NCBI GenBank assembly: GCA_965249135.1
Contig: OZ252220.1
Coordinates: 800,001 to 864,000 of the forward strand
DNA length: 64,000 nt
Source of the DNA: Alphaproteobacteria bacterium
Lineage (GTDB): Bacteria > Pseudomonadota > Alphaproteobacteria > GCA-2746255
Direction: 5' to 3'
The notes beneath the pieces are model-generated. The model saw nothing but the letters and a program-made list of their open reading frames with translations, was not told the DNA's origin and made no database searches. Of the stretch, positions 53,270-64,000 are shown one piece after another. The position numbers were made by a program, and so were the translations under genes. How positions within the stretch are numbered: the stretch's first letter is position 1; every line of letters begins with the position of its first letter.

Positions 53270-53701
53270 TCACTTTATCTTTAAGGGGATCTCCACGAAG
53301 CCGTCGCCGCCCGCGTTCAGCCGGTGGGCCGCGACGTGGGTCACCTCGCCTTTTGCTACGGCGGCGATCACCCAGACGTACTCCTTGTCGTAGGCCATCG
53401 AAAGGTCGATCGCCGAAGGCTCGGCCGGGTGGTCCGGGTGGGAGTGGTAGTGGCCGACGATGTCGTCCGCCTTTCCTTCGCATGCCCGCATGACGTCGAA
53501 GCGAAGCTTCGGATCGATCTCGAAGCGGTCCTTTCGCGCCTCTTGCTCGGCGGCGACGTTCGGGCTGGGCACGACGCGGACGACCTCGACGTCGCCCGTC
53601 CCCGTCACATGCCCGACCAGAAGCCCGCAGGCTTCAAAGGGGTAAGCCTTCTCGGCGTCGCCTTGAAGCTGGGCGAGGTCGGAGGCCCCAATGCGGATCA
53701 C
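53270..53701 (-). CDS. M67/JAB (Mov34/MPN) metallopeptidase
   Basis: YPFEACGLL, YHSHPDHPAEPSAID. Confidence 0.92.
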   Translation of the reverse strand: MIRIGASDLAQLQGDAEKAYPFEACGLLVGHVTGTGDVEVVRVVPSPNVAAEQEARKDRFEIDPKLRFDVMRACEGKADDIVGHYHSHPDHPAEPSAIDLSMAYDKEYVWVIAAVAKGEVTHVAAHRLNAGGDGFVEIPLKIK

Positions 53702-53988
53702 GGCTGCCTCTCGATCTCGATCGTGCCCAGTAGCGTGCCGTCCTTGAGGCTCAAGATAAGGATGCGCCCGCCGCCCCCTTCCAGGGCGACGCGCAGGATG
53801 AGCCGGCCGCCTTCCGTATGCGTCTCCTCGATACGCGCGCCTGCAGGCAATGCGACCTTCGCCGCCTCGAATGGCTTCGCACCCGCCGATTGGCCGGGCG
53901 CGCGGCTGGCAATCGTCACGCCAAGGGCGGCCAGGCCGCCCAGGATGATGACCCCCAAGAAAATGACTAGGAACTTGAGCCCCCGCAT
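53698..53988 (-). CDS. Small membrane-anchored protein (DUF6476-like)
   Basis: MRGLKFLVIFLGVIIL TM, LPAGARI, GTLLG; divergent from rluD. Confidence 0.75.
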   Translation of the reverse strand: MRGLKFLVIFLGVIILGGLAALGVTIASRAPGQSAGAKPFEAAKVALPAGARIEETHTEGGRLILRVALEGGGGRILILSLKDGTLLGTIEIERQP

Positions 53989-54001
53989 CCTTTCGGCCAA
54001 T

Positions 54002-54037
54002 CTCCTTTCATGACGAAGCCTCCTTTCATGACGAAAG
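54002..54037. repeat. 18-bp tandem duplication at the rluD start
   Basis: CTCCTTTCATGACGAAGC followed by CTCCTTTCATGACGAAAG. Confidence 0.85.
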
Positions 54038-55017
54038 CAAAGAAGGAAAGGGCGGCGTCTTCCCGCCGGCTCCGTTTCACCGGCTCCAGCCGGGACAAGG
54101 GCGTTCGCCTCGACCGGTTCTTGGCAAACGCCGCGCCAGAACTTTCGCGAAACCGGCTCAAGCAGCTGATCGAAGCGGGCCGGCTTAGCACGAGCGGGCG
54201 CACGATAACGGACCCCTCCTACCGGGTCAAACCGGGGGAGGCCTTCACATTGACGGTGCCGAAAGTTGAGCCGGCCACGCCGGAAGCCCAAGCCATTCCC
54301 CTTTCCGTGCTCTACGAGGATGCGGATCTCCTCGTCGTCGACAAGCCGGCCGGCCTCGTCGTCCACCCGGCGCCCGGCAATCCGGACTTAACGCTCGTCA
54401 ATGCGCTGATCCATCATTGCGGGGAAAGCCTTTCGGGGATCGGCGGCGTGGCCCGGCCCGGCATCGTCCATCGCCTCGATAAGGACACCTCGGGTCTCTT
54501 GATCGCCGCCAAGAACGACGTCACCCACCGCGCGCTCTCGGGCCAGCTTTCGTCGCGAAAACTGAAACGTGTTTACCTCGCCCTTGTCTTCGGCGTGCCG
54601 GTGCCGGCTTCGGGCAAAATCGACCGCCCCATCGGGCGACATCCGAAGCACCGGAAGAAGATGGCGGTGTTACGCTCCGGCGGGCGGGCGGCCCAAACCC
54701 GCTACCGGGTCGTGAGGCGCTTCGGCCAATGGCTAAGCCTCGTCGAGTGCCAGCTTATGACCGGGCGGACCCACCAGATCCGCGTCCACCTGGCCCATCT
54801 TGGCCATCCCCTGGTCGGCGATCCGGTCTATGGGCGCCGGCGCTTGGCCGCAAACCTGCCGGAGTCCGTCGCCCAGGCCCTCAAGGCCTTTCCCCGCCAA
54901 GCCCTACACGCCCATGTGATTGGATTTGACCACCCCCGCAGTGAAAAACGGCTAGACTTCGAATCGGCCTTACCAAAGGATTTCGCAGACTTAATGCAAA
55001 GTTTGGAAATTCTTTAA
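54010..55017 (+). CDS. rluD: RluA family 23S rRNA pseudouridine synthase
   Basis: S4 domain RLDRFL, DKPAGLVVHP, VHRLDKDTSG, TGRTHQIRVH; upstream of rpoH. Confidence 0.94.
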   Translation: MTKPPFMTKAKKERAASSRRLRFTGSSRDKGVRLDRFLANAAPELSRNRLKQLIEAGRLSTSGRTITDPSYRVKPGEAFTLTVPKVEPATPEAQAIPLSVLYEDADLLVVDKPAGLVVHPAPGNPDLTLVNALIHHCGESLSGIGGVARPGIVHRLDKDTSGLLIAAKNDVTHRALSGQLSSRKLKRVYLALVFGVPVPASGKIDRPIGRHPKHRKKMAVLRSGGRAAQTRYRVVRRFGQWLSLVECQLMTGRTHQIRVHLAHLGHPLVGDPVYGRRRLAANLPESVAQALKAFPRQALHAHVIGFDHPRSEKRLDFESALPKDFADLMQSLEIL

Positions 55018-55053
55018 CTTTTTACTTAGTAGATTGAAATACTAGGGTATTCC

Positions 55054-55083
55054 TTGACAAGACCGGCACGAATCGGGTATTTT
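55054..55083 (+). promoter_or_regulatory. Sigma70-type promoter of rpoH
   Basis: TTGACA-N18-TATTTT directly abutting the CIRCE element. Confidence 0.55.
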
Positions 55084-55108
55084 AGCGCTCAACGGATAAG
55101 AGTGCTAA
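55082..55108. promoter_or_regulatory. CIRCE element (HrcA operator)
   Basis: TTAGCGCTC-N9-GAGTGCTAA, one mismatch to TTAGCACTC-N9-GAGTGCTAA. Confidence 0.9.
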
Positions 55109-55151
55109 ACTGCACCGGAGCCAGAGGGCGAAAGCCAGGAGGATTGAAGCG

Positions 55152-56036
55152 ATGACCACCCTGCCCGTCACGCTTACCTTTGCACCGGAACAAAACCTCA
55201 CCCGCTATCTCCAGCAAATTCGGAAGTTTCCGATGCTGGAGCGGAACGAGGAGTTCATGCTCGCCAAGCGGTTCGTCGAACATGGCGACACGGACGCGGC
55301 CCATCGCCTGGTGACGAGTCACTTACGCCTCGTCGCCAAGATTGCCATGGGCTATCGCGGCTATGGCCTGCCGCTGGCCGATCTGATTTCCGAGGGAAAT
55401 GTCGGGATCATGCAGGCGGTGAAGCGCTTCGATCCGGATCGCGGGTTCCGGCTCGCTACTTACGCGATGTGGTGGATCCGCGCCTCGATCCAGGAATACG
55501 TCCTGCACTCGTGGTCGCTCGTGAAAATGGGTACGACCGCCGCCCAGAAGAAGCTGTTCTTCAACTTGCGCCGGCTGAAGGGTCAGTTGCAGGCGATCGA
55601 CGATGGCGATCTCACGCCGGAACTCGTCGCGGAAATCGCCGAGCGCCTCGACGTGCCCGAGAAAGAGGTCGTCGATATGAACCGGCGGATGGCCGGACCG
55701 GACCATTCCCTGAACGCCCCGCGCCAGCTAGATGGCGAAGAGGAATGGATGGATTGGCTGCAAAGCGAAGACCCCGATCAGGAAACGCTTGTCGCCGAAA
55801 ACGAGGAATTGACGAACCGCCGTCAACTGCTTCAGACGGCGATGACGGACCTTAACAAGCGCGAGCGCCACATCCTGACGGAGCGCCGACTGCGCGACGA
55901 TCCGCTGACCCTTGAGCAGTTGAGCAAGGAATACGGCATCTCGCGCGAGCGGGTCCGCCAGATCGAAGCCCGGGCCTTCACGAAGATTCAAAAGGCGATG
56001 AAGAACGCCGTCATCGAACAGCGGATCAATCCGTAA
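55152..56036 (+). CDS. rpoH: RNA polymerase sigma factor RpoH (sigma32)
   Basis: SHLRLVAKIAMGYRGYGLP, RpoH box QKKLFFNLR, SRERVRQIE. Confidence 0.97.
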   Translation: MTTLPVTLTFAPEQNLTRYLQQIRKFPMLERNEEFMLAKRFVEHGDTDAAHRLVTSHLRLVAKIAMGYRGYGLPLADLISEGNVGIMQAVKRFDPDRGFRLATYAMWWIRASIQEYVLHSWSLVKMGTTAAQKKLFFNLRRLKGQLQAIDDGDLTPELVAEIAERLDVPEKEVVDMNRRMAGPDHSLNAPRQLDGEEEWMDWLQSEDPDQETLVAENEELTNRRQLLQTAMTDLNKRERHILTERRLRDDPLTLEQLSKEYGISRERVRQIEARAFTKIQKAMKNAVIEQRINP

Positions 56037-56048
56037 AATCGCCGGCGC

Positions 56049-56077
56049 GGCGGCTTAGTCTTCGTGGCGGCTTAGTC
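56049..56077. repeat. 12-bp direct repeat (17-bp period) duplicating a stop codon
   Basis: GGCGGCTTAGTC at 56049 and 56066. Confidence 0.7.
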
Positions 56078-56591
56078 CTGCCGCCGCTGCATCGCGCCGC
56101 CGATTTCCTCGCCCCACTCCTCGACGATCTCCTTCCGCAAATCGGCCATCTGGGCCTTGCGGTGTTCGGCGCGCATCTCCATGAAGCCCCCGATGACATG
56201 CGGCATCCCGAGATAGATCAGCCAGCCGACGGCCGCAGACCCATACATGATGAACCACGTAACAGGGTCCGTGAGGATCACATAGGCCTTATCCATCTGT
56301 CCCCGCCCCCCCCATCATCCACAGGTCCATGAGGTAAGGCGCAATCCCGACGAGATTCAGCGACAGCACGCATTTTCCGGCCGCCTTGGCCGGGTTGGGA
56401 TCGACGATGAAGGCGACCCAGGCCGGCAGCATGCCGATGAGCAGGATGACGACGGTCGGCAATGCGAAGGTCGAGACCACGGCCAGCACGATGAGGCCGA
56501 AGACCCACCAAAGGCCGAGCCCCATCTTGTCGCCGGGAGGCAGCTGCTGTGCCTTGCGTCGTGGTATCGATCGGATCGGTGGTTTTGCCAT
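56072..56591 (-). CDS. Hypothetical membrane protein, frameshifted at a G run near 56305
   Basis: MAKPP...LPTVVILLIGMLPAWVAFIVD...NLVGIAPY joins MDKAY...MYGSAAVGW...EEWG. Confidence 0.75.
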
Positions 56592-56599
56592 GTTGCCCC

Positions 56600-58648
56600 C
56601 TAGATATAGCGCGAGAGCATGAGGCTTAAGGAGATCAGCGCGATCAATATGGAAAGCCGGACGGCGAACATGCGGCCAAGGATGAGCGCCGCCAATGGCA
56701 GCCCCCGGATTTTCCGGTCGAGTTTCGCCGTTTCCGCCAGCGAGCGCGTGAACTGGTTGCGGGCGAACGCGTAGGCGCGGCGATCCTCCCGCCTCCGCGC
56801 CGGGTTGCCGACCAGGTTGTAGATGGCGACGAGATTGCCCTTGCCGGCGATCTCCTCCACCTGCTGTTCCAGCTGCGTCGGAACGCCTAGTTGTGATAGC
56901 TCGCGATGACAGGCGGCAGCAGCCGCTGTATCCAGCCGGCAAGCCCGGGCAGTTTCTGAGGCCCGTAACGGTCCTGCAGGCTCGCCAGCAGGCCGAGAAT
57001 CCCGAATACGCGCTCGGCGGAACCTGTCGAGGACGCAAGGGAGACCAGGAACGAATCGATCTTGCCGGGGAAGCGGGACGCGATGAAGGCGGCGATGTGG
57101 CTGTCGATCGGTTCAACCAGCTTCTGTTGTTCGCCGGTCGCGGCTTCGAGCGTCGGCAGCAGCTCGGAGATGCGCACGCAGTAAGTGCGGCAGAATAAGC
57201 GGACTCAGGCACCACATGCCGGGGACCAGTTCGTAGAGGCACCGGTCCAGCCCGAATCCAAGTCCGCGGCGGTTGAGAAAGTGCTGGATTCGGTGCAGGC
57301 GCTGCAGGAGCTTCCGGTTCGACGCCACGCGCGACCCCTGGGCCGTCATCCAATAGTTGAGAAGGTGCAGGCGGATGACCTCGGTGAAATTGCGCCGGAC
57401 CTCGTCTTCGTTGAAACCGGCCGCGAGGCTGTCGCCGAAACCGCCGATCGTGGATGAGAAGTTCTTGTAACGAATGGGGGCTTCCGGATCGAGCAGGATG
57501 CCGACCCGTGCCACTAGGCGTTCCGGGGATTCAGGGCTATGCCGGACCTGAGCGATCTCTTCGGCCATGGCCCGGGCGATATCCGGATTCATGAGGCTGC
57601 GGGCCGTCCAGGACTCGAAGCGATTTTCCTTGATCGTCCGGGATGCCTCCTGGGGATGCTGCAGGAAGGCACGGGCGAGCGTGCGTCCGCTCGTGAACTG
57701 TTCCTTCCGGAAGGTAAAGACATAGGACGCCTGGGTTGGGGCGTTTGGGTTGCCATGTTCCCGAAATTCGTCCAGCCAGCGTTCGATGTAATCCAAATTC
57801 CAGCGAAAGTCCTTGTTGTCCTGAAGCAGCCCCTTCAGCAATTCCATCATCCGAAGCGGCAGCGTTCGGCTGCCCGTCAGGTAACCGTAGGAACCCTTCT
57901 GAATCTTGCCATTCAAGATGGCGTCGTCGCCGATCTCCTGCACGGGCAGTTTGCCCAGAAGAAGGGTGAACACCGTCACCCCAAGCGCATAGATGTCGTC
58001 CCCCTGGCACCTCCGGCCGCGGCCCGCCGGATCGACCATGGCGCTTTCGATGGTCTCGAAAAGAACCGGCTGGTTGTAGGCCACCGGCGCCGTCACGCAT
58101 TCACCGAGCACGGCGCGCTTCTTGTCCTTTTCATCGGCGTAGAAAAGATTGTCCGGCCGAATGCCCCGATGGGTGAGGTCCCGGTCCTCGAGCCCGCGCA
58201 GCGCCTCGACCAGCGGCGCAATCACCACCACGTTGATATCCTTCGGATTCATTGGGGATATCGCCGTCTTGAGCGAGGGCATGAGCTTGGGGCCCGGCCG
58301 GCCGCAAACAATCACCGGACACTCGTTCTTGGCGCCAGGCCACGCTAACGCGCCTTCGTCGACGAAGGTGATGACGCCACGGATATTCTGCTGGCGCTGG
58401 TGCTCGAGAAATTGCCAGCGCAGCGGTAGGGACGACTCGCAGACATAGGCGAGAAGCTGCCGATCCTTACGAAGCGTGTCCTCGGCGGCATAGGCCATCG
58501 CGGTGGGCGAATCGTAGGTCGGCAATCGCGCGTCCTTGCGGATGCGGTATCGCCCCTTCAACAGGTGCCCGCCCGTGGCCGCCGCCTTTTCTTTGGCCTC
58601 TGGGGCCTCCGGCGCCTCCACGGCTTTTGGCTTCTGAACCGCCGTCAT
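56600..58648 (-). CDS. Ser/Thr protein kinase-like (probable pseudokinase), split by two frameshifts
   Basis: THRGIRPDNLF, VLGEC, DDIYALGVT. Continues through ORFs 56887-57177 and 56600-56860 to a C-terminal TM. Confidence 0.8.
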
Positions 58649-58768
58649 TTTTTCCCCGTCTGTCAGACAGAAAGCGTCTTTCGAATTCTGCGACGGGAAT
58701 GGAAAGAAAGCGTTAACGCCTTGCCGGGCCGTGACGGAGTTTTGGAGCCAAACCAACCGGTTATAGCG

Positions 58769-60061
<1,293 letters not shown>

Positions 60062-60077
60062 GGCACCCGTCCCGCTC

Positions 60078-61223
60078 CTATGCCTGCTTTACCGCTACGA
60101 CTTTTCCGGAACGGTAGAGATGCGTACACGCCAGCCGCCGCGCCTCCATCTTCGGATTCCCGCCATTCTCAAGGGCGGCGACGGTCACCCAACCTTCCTC
60201 GCGAAGCCGCGCCCCCTCCTCGGCCGGTGTCTCGAACGGCAGGTAAAGGCGCCGCATCGCGCTCGCCGGCGGCAAGACGCGCAACAACGTATCGAGGAAG
60301 AGCGTAAAGCCGGTCGCCGCCTCGCCCTTGCCCGCCGAATAGCGCCCGCCGCGCCCCAACGAGCCGCGGACGTCGAGCGCAAAGAACGTGAAGCTTAAGC
60401 CCGAATGGTATTCGAAGTTGCGATTCTCGACCGGGTCCACCGTCAGTCCGATGCCCGGCGCGGCTACGCGCAGCCGCTCGACGAGTTTCCCAAGACGCGT
60501 CCGTTCCGGCACCGCCGATTTCGGAAGCTTGATCTTCTCGAGAAGTTCGACGGCGCGCTCCGCCGGCCCCGCCGCCTCCAGAAGCGACCCCAGTATCTTT
60601 GCCGCCTCGCCACCGAGTGCGGCGATCGCCGTTGCGTCCTTGTGATCCAGGTGACCGCAAATCGGCGAGCCGCGACCCAGATCGAGGCCCAAGCTTTCGC
60701 ACACCACCGGCACCACCGTCGGCAGATTGAGGTCGATCGAAAGGTCGGGCACGCCAACCTTCTCCAACGCCTCGACGGCGAGAAGGATGACCTCGAGATC
60801 GGCGTTCTCGGATGCCGATCCGATCAATTCGACGCCGGCCTGGGCAAATTCCCGTTCCGGGCGAAGCTGGCTTCCCAATACGCGAAGCACCTGGCCGCCA
60901 TAGCAGAGCCGGAGTGGCCGCGGCGCGTCCCCAAGACGCGTCTCGGCGATTCGCGCCACCTGCAGGGTCATGTCCGGACGCACGCCCATCATGCGCTGGG
61001 AGACCGGGTCCATGATCTGGAAGGTCGTGTTCGCCACCCCCGCCCCGGCTCCCTCGAGCAGACTTTCCTCGAATTCCACGAGCGGCGGCGCCACGCGCTC
61101 GTAGCCGTGGGCCGTGAAAGAGGCGATCAGCGTTTCCATCACGCGCGCCTCGGCCGCCGCATCCGGCGGCAGGACGTCGCGAAGTCCGGTCGGAAGCAGC
61201 GCCTTCTTGGAATTGTCTGTCAT
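60078..61223 (-). CDS. hisZ: ATP phosphoribosyltransferase regulatory subunit
   Basis: [36 protein letters not shown]; upstream of purA. Confidence 0.93.
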   Translation of the reverse strand: MTDNSKKALLPTGLRDVLPPDAAAEARVMETLIASFTAHGYERVAPPLVEFEESLLEGAGAGVANTTFQIMDPVSQRMMGVRPDMTLQVARIAETRLGDAPRPLRLCYGGQVLRVLGSQLRPEREFAQAGVELIGSASENADLEVILLAVEALEKVGVPDLSIDLNLPTVVPVVCESLGLDLGRGSPICGHLDHKDATAIAALGGEAAKILGSLLEAAGPAERAVELLEKIKLPKSAVPERTRLGKLVERLRVAAPGIGLTVDPVENRNFEYHSGLSFTFFALDVRGSLGRGGRYSAGKGEAATGFTLFLDTLLRVLPPASAMRRLYLPFETPAEEGARLREEGWVTVAALENGGNPKMEARRLACTHLYRSGKVVAVKQA

Positions 61224-61365
61224 GGCATCTCCCCAACCCCCAGGGGGACGGCGCGGCTCAACTCTGCCCGCGGGCGGCTTCGGTCTAGCCGGTTTCCAGG
61301 CCCACGGCAAACGGAAATCCCGGCCGCGCCCGGCGGAAACTGGCGGAATCTTCTTGGCGGATTTC

Positions 61366-62943
61366 CTAGAAAGAAAGCGCGTGCGCTTGCAGGACTTCCG
61401 GGATGGCGCGCACTTCCTTGAGCGTGGCATCGTCGACCGGTCCGTCCACCTGAATCAATGCCAACGCATTCCCGTTCGGTGCCTTGCGACCCAGATGAAA
61501 GGTGGCGATGTTCACCCCGTTGTCGCCAAGCACGCCACCCAGTTTCCCGATGAAGCCGGGCTTGTCCTGGTTCGTCACGAAAAGCATGCATGGGCCCAAC
61601 TCGGCCTCGACGGCGATGTCGTCGACCTGGACGACGCGGGGCTTGTCCCCTCCAAACAGGGTGCCGGCCACACTCCGGGTCTGCTTCTCCGTCTTCACGG
61701 CCAGCCGGATCAGCGTTTGATAATCCGTTTCCCGCTCATGCTTGACCTCGGTGATGTCGATATCGCGTTCGCGGGCGATGGTCGGCGCGTTCACCATGTT
61801 CACGGACTCCATGAGCGGCGCCAACAGCCCTTCCAGGGCAAGCGCCGTAAGCGGGCGCGTATTCAGCTCGGTGACCTGGCCTGCGTATTCGATGGTCACC
61901 GCCTCGATTCCCGTTTCCGTCATCTGGCCGGCGAAGCTTCCCAACTGCTGGGCAAGCGTCATGTAGGGACGCAGCCGCACGGCCTCCTCCGCCGTCACGG
62001 ACGGCATGTTGATCGCGTTCGTCACGGCACCGGTGAGAAGGTAGTCCGCCATCTGCTCGGCAACCTGGATGGCGACGTTCTCCTGGGCCTCAGACGTCGA
62101 GGCGCCGAGATGAGGAGTGGCGATGATCTGTTCCATGCCGAACAGGATGTTCTCGTGCGCCGGTTCTTGCGGATAGACATCGACGGCCGCCCCGGCGACC
62201 TTTCCCCCCTCGATCGCCTTCTTCAGATCGGTCTCGTTGATGAGCCCGCCGCGCGCGCAGTTGATGACCCGGACCCCGTCGCGCATCTTGGCGAAGGCCT
62301 CCGCGTTCAGCATATCCCGCGTCGCATCGTTGAGCGGCGTGTGCAGGGTGATGAAATCGGAACGCGCGAAGAGATCGTCGAGTTCGACCTTTTCGATGCA
62401 CAGATCCGTCGCCCGTTCCGGCGCCAGATAGGGATCGTAGGCTAGCACCTTCATCTTGAGACCCAGCGCCCGATCCGCGACGATGGCACCGATGTTCCCG
62501 CAGCCGATGATGCCCAGCGTCTTGCCGGTGAGCTCGACCCCCATGAACCGCGACTTCTCCCATTTCCCGGCCTGGGTCGAGGCGTTCGCGGTCGGAATCT
62601 GGCGGGCAAGCGCGAACATCAGCGTGATGGCATGCTCCGCCGTCGTGATCGCATTGCCGAACGGCGTGTTCATGACGACGACGCCATGGGCGGTTGCCGC
62701 CGGCACGTCGATGTTGTCGACCCCGATCCCGGCGCGGCCGATCACCTTGAGCTTTGTTGCCCGATCCAGGATGTCCGCCGTCGCCTTCGTCGCCGAGCGC
62801 ACGGCGAGCCCATCGTAGTCGCCGATGCAGGCGGCTAGCTCCTCCGGCTTCATGCCGGGCTTGCTGTCGACCTCGATGCCGCGGTCGTGAAAAATTTCCG
62901 CGGCGCGCGGGCTCATCTTGTCGGAAATCAAAACCTTTGGCAT
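61366..62943 (-). CDS. serA: D-3-phosphoglycerate dehydrogenase
   Basis: RAGIGVDNID, GCGNIG, NCARGG, PHLGAST, C-terminal ACT domain. Confidence 0.97.
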   Translation of the reverse strand: MPKVLISDKMSPRAAEIFHDRGIEVDSKPGMKPEELAACIGDYDGLAVRSATKATADILDRATKLKVIGRAGIGVDNIDVPAATAHGVVVMNTPFGNAITTAEHAITLMFALARQIPTANASTQAGKWEKSRFMGVELTGKTLGIIGCGNIGAIVADRALGLKMKVLAYDPYLAPERATDLCIEKVELDDLFARSDFITLHTPLNDATRDMLNAEAFAKMRDGVRVINCARGGLINETDLKKAIEGGKVAGAAVDVYPQEPAHENILFGMEQIIATPHLGASTSEAQENVAIQVAEQMADYLLTGAVTNAINMPSVTAEEAVRLRPYMTLAQQLGSFAGQMTETGIEAVTIEYAGQVTELNTRPLTALALEGLLAPLMESVNMVNAPTIARERDIDITEVKHERETDYQTLIRLAVKTEKQTRSVAGTLFGGDKPRVVQVDDIAVEAELGPCMLFVTNQDKPGFIGKLGGVLGDNGVNIATFHLGRKAPNGNALALIQVDGPVDDATLKEVRAIPEVLQAHALSF

Positions 62944-62955
62944 GGTACGTCCGTT

Positions 62956-64000
62956 TTAAGCGCTTGCTTTCGCTTCGGCAAAGGCCCAGTCCAGCCAGGG
63001 AAAGAGCCCCTCGAGATCGGCCGCCTCCACCGTGCCCCCGGCCCAGATCCGAAGGCCCGGCGGCGCATCGCGGTAACCACCGATATCATAGGCGACGCCT
63101 TCCTTTTCAAGGGCGCCGGTCATTCGTTTCAAGGCCGCCGATTGCGCAGGCCTATCCAGCGAGCCAAACCACGGATCCGCAACCTTGAAGCAGACCGAGG
63201 TCGAAGAGCGGACCTTTGGGTCCTCTGCTAGGAAGGCGATCCACGGCGTCTTCTCGACCCATTTGGTAATCGCTTCGAGATTGGCCTTGCTGCGTGCGAT
63301 GATCGCCTCCAGGCCACCGGCACTTTCCATCCATTTGAGCGCGTCGATCGCGTCCTCGACGCAAAGCAACGACGGCGTGTTGATGGTCGCACCCTCGAAA
63401 ATTTCCTCGATCAGCTTGCCACCTTTCGTCATGCGGAACACTTTCGGCAGCGGCCGGTCCGGCGTGTAACTCTCAAGCCGTTCGACGGCGCGCGGGCTCA
63501 GGATCAAAACGCCGTGAGCCGCCTCGCCACCCATGACCTTCTGCCAGGAATAGGTCGCAACGTCGAGTTTTTCCCAGGGAAGCGCCATCGCAAAGGCGGC
63601 CGACGTCGCATCGCAAAAGGTAAGCCCTTCCCGGTCCGCTGCGATCCATTTCCCATCCGGCACGCGAACGCCCGACGTCGTGCCGTTCCAGGTAAAGACG
63701 ACGTCACGGTTCGTATCCACCTGCCCAAGATCCGGAAGCGCGCCGTAGTCCGCCTCGAAGCTGCGCACGTCCGTGAGCTTCAGCTGTTTCACGATGTCCG
63801 TGAGCCAGCCTTTGCCGAAGCTTTCCCAGGCCAGCACGTCGACGCCGCGCGCGCCCAGCATCGACCACATCGCCATCTCGAAGGCGCCGGTGTCCGAACC
63901 TGGCACGATGCCGATTCGGTAATCCGCCGGCAGTCCAAGCAGATCGCGGCTTCGCGTCAATGCTTCTGCGAGCTTCGCCTTTCCCGGCTTCGAGCGATGC
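62956..64000 (-). CDS. serC: Phosphoserine aminotransferase (5' end outside the window)
   Basis: [45 protein letters not shown]. Confidence 0.96.
   Translation of the reverse strand, partial: HRSKPGKAKLAEALTRSRDLLGLPADYRIGIVPGSDTGAFEMAMWSMLGARGVDVLAWESFGKGWLTDIVKQLKLTDVRSFEADYGALPDLGQVDTNRDVVFTWNGTTSGVRVPDGKWIAADREGLTFCDATSAAFAMALPWEKLDVATYSWQKVMGGEAAHGVLILSPRAVERLESYTPDRPLPKVFRMTKGGKLIEEIFEGATINTPSLLCVEDAIDALKWMESAGGLEAIIARSKANLEAITKWVEKTPWIAFLAEDPKVRSSTSVCFKVADPWFGSLDRPAQSAALKRMTGALEKEGVAYDIGGYRDAPPGLRIWAGGTVEAADLEGLFPWLDWAFAEAKASA

Noticed and set aside
53270-53701. JAB protein as part of a CBASS or ubiquitin-like defence system
   Set aside because: No cyclase, E1/E2 or ubiquitin-like neighbour is present. 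It sits in a housekeeping context next to rluD.

Overview
This is a GC-rich alphaproteobacterial chromosome segment, most likely Rhodospirillales-like (inferred from gene order and gene families). Core genes sit at both ends: tlyA(partial)-dxs-ispA-xseB on the left, and tRNA-Glu(CTC), rluD, rpoH, purA, hisZ, serA and serC(partial) on the right. Between them is about 49 kb of mixed accessory genes: an RND pump, a sigma54/NtrC-type TorF-like porin, scattered sulfur-handling genes, putA, three stand-alone DUF1329 paralogs and a low-GC decayed gene. The most unusual block is 24.9-32.8 kb. It holds a ShlB/FhaC (TpsB) transporter with no canonical TpsA, divergent across a CtrA-box-containing AT-rich spacer from a repeat-rich FecR protein and a CHASE2-PAS histidine kinase. 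Next to these is a phage tailspike/head-fibre-like beta-helix protein coupled to a tiny twin-arginine signal ORF. Regulatory signals seen directly include a CIRCE element before rpoH, a sigma54 promoter with tandem NtrC-like boxes, a sigma32-type promoter and a (GGGCTA)n G-quadruplex-like repeat before putA. Several genes carry frameshifts, mostly at homopolymers (probably long-read errors), and four carry in-frame stops. All family assignments come from recognising motifs by eye; no database search was run.
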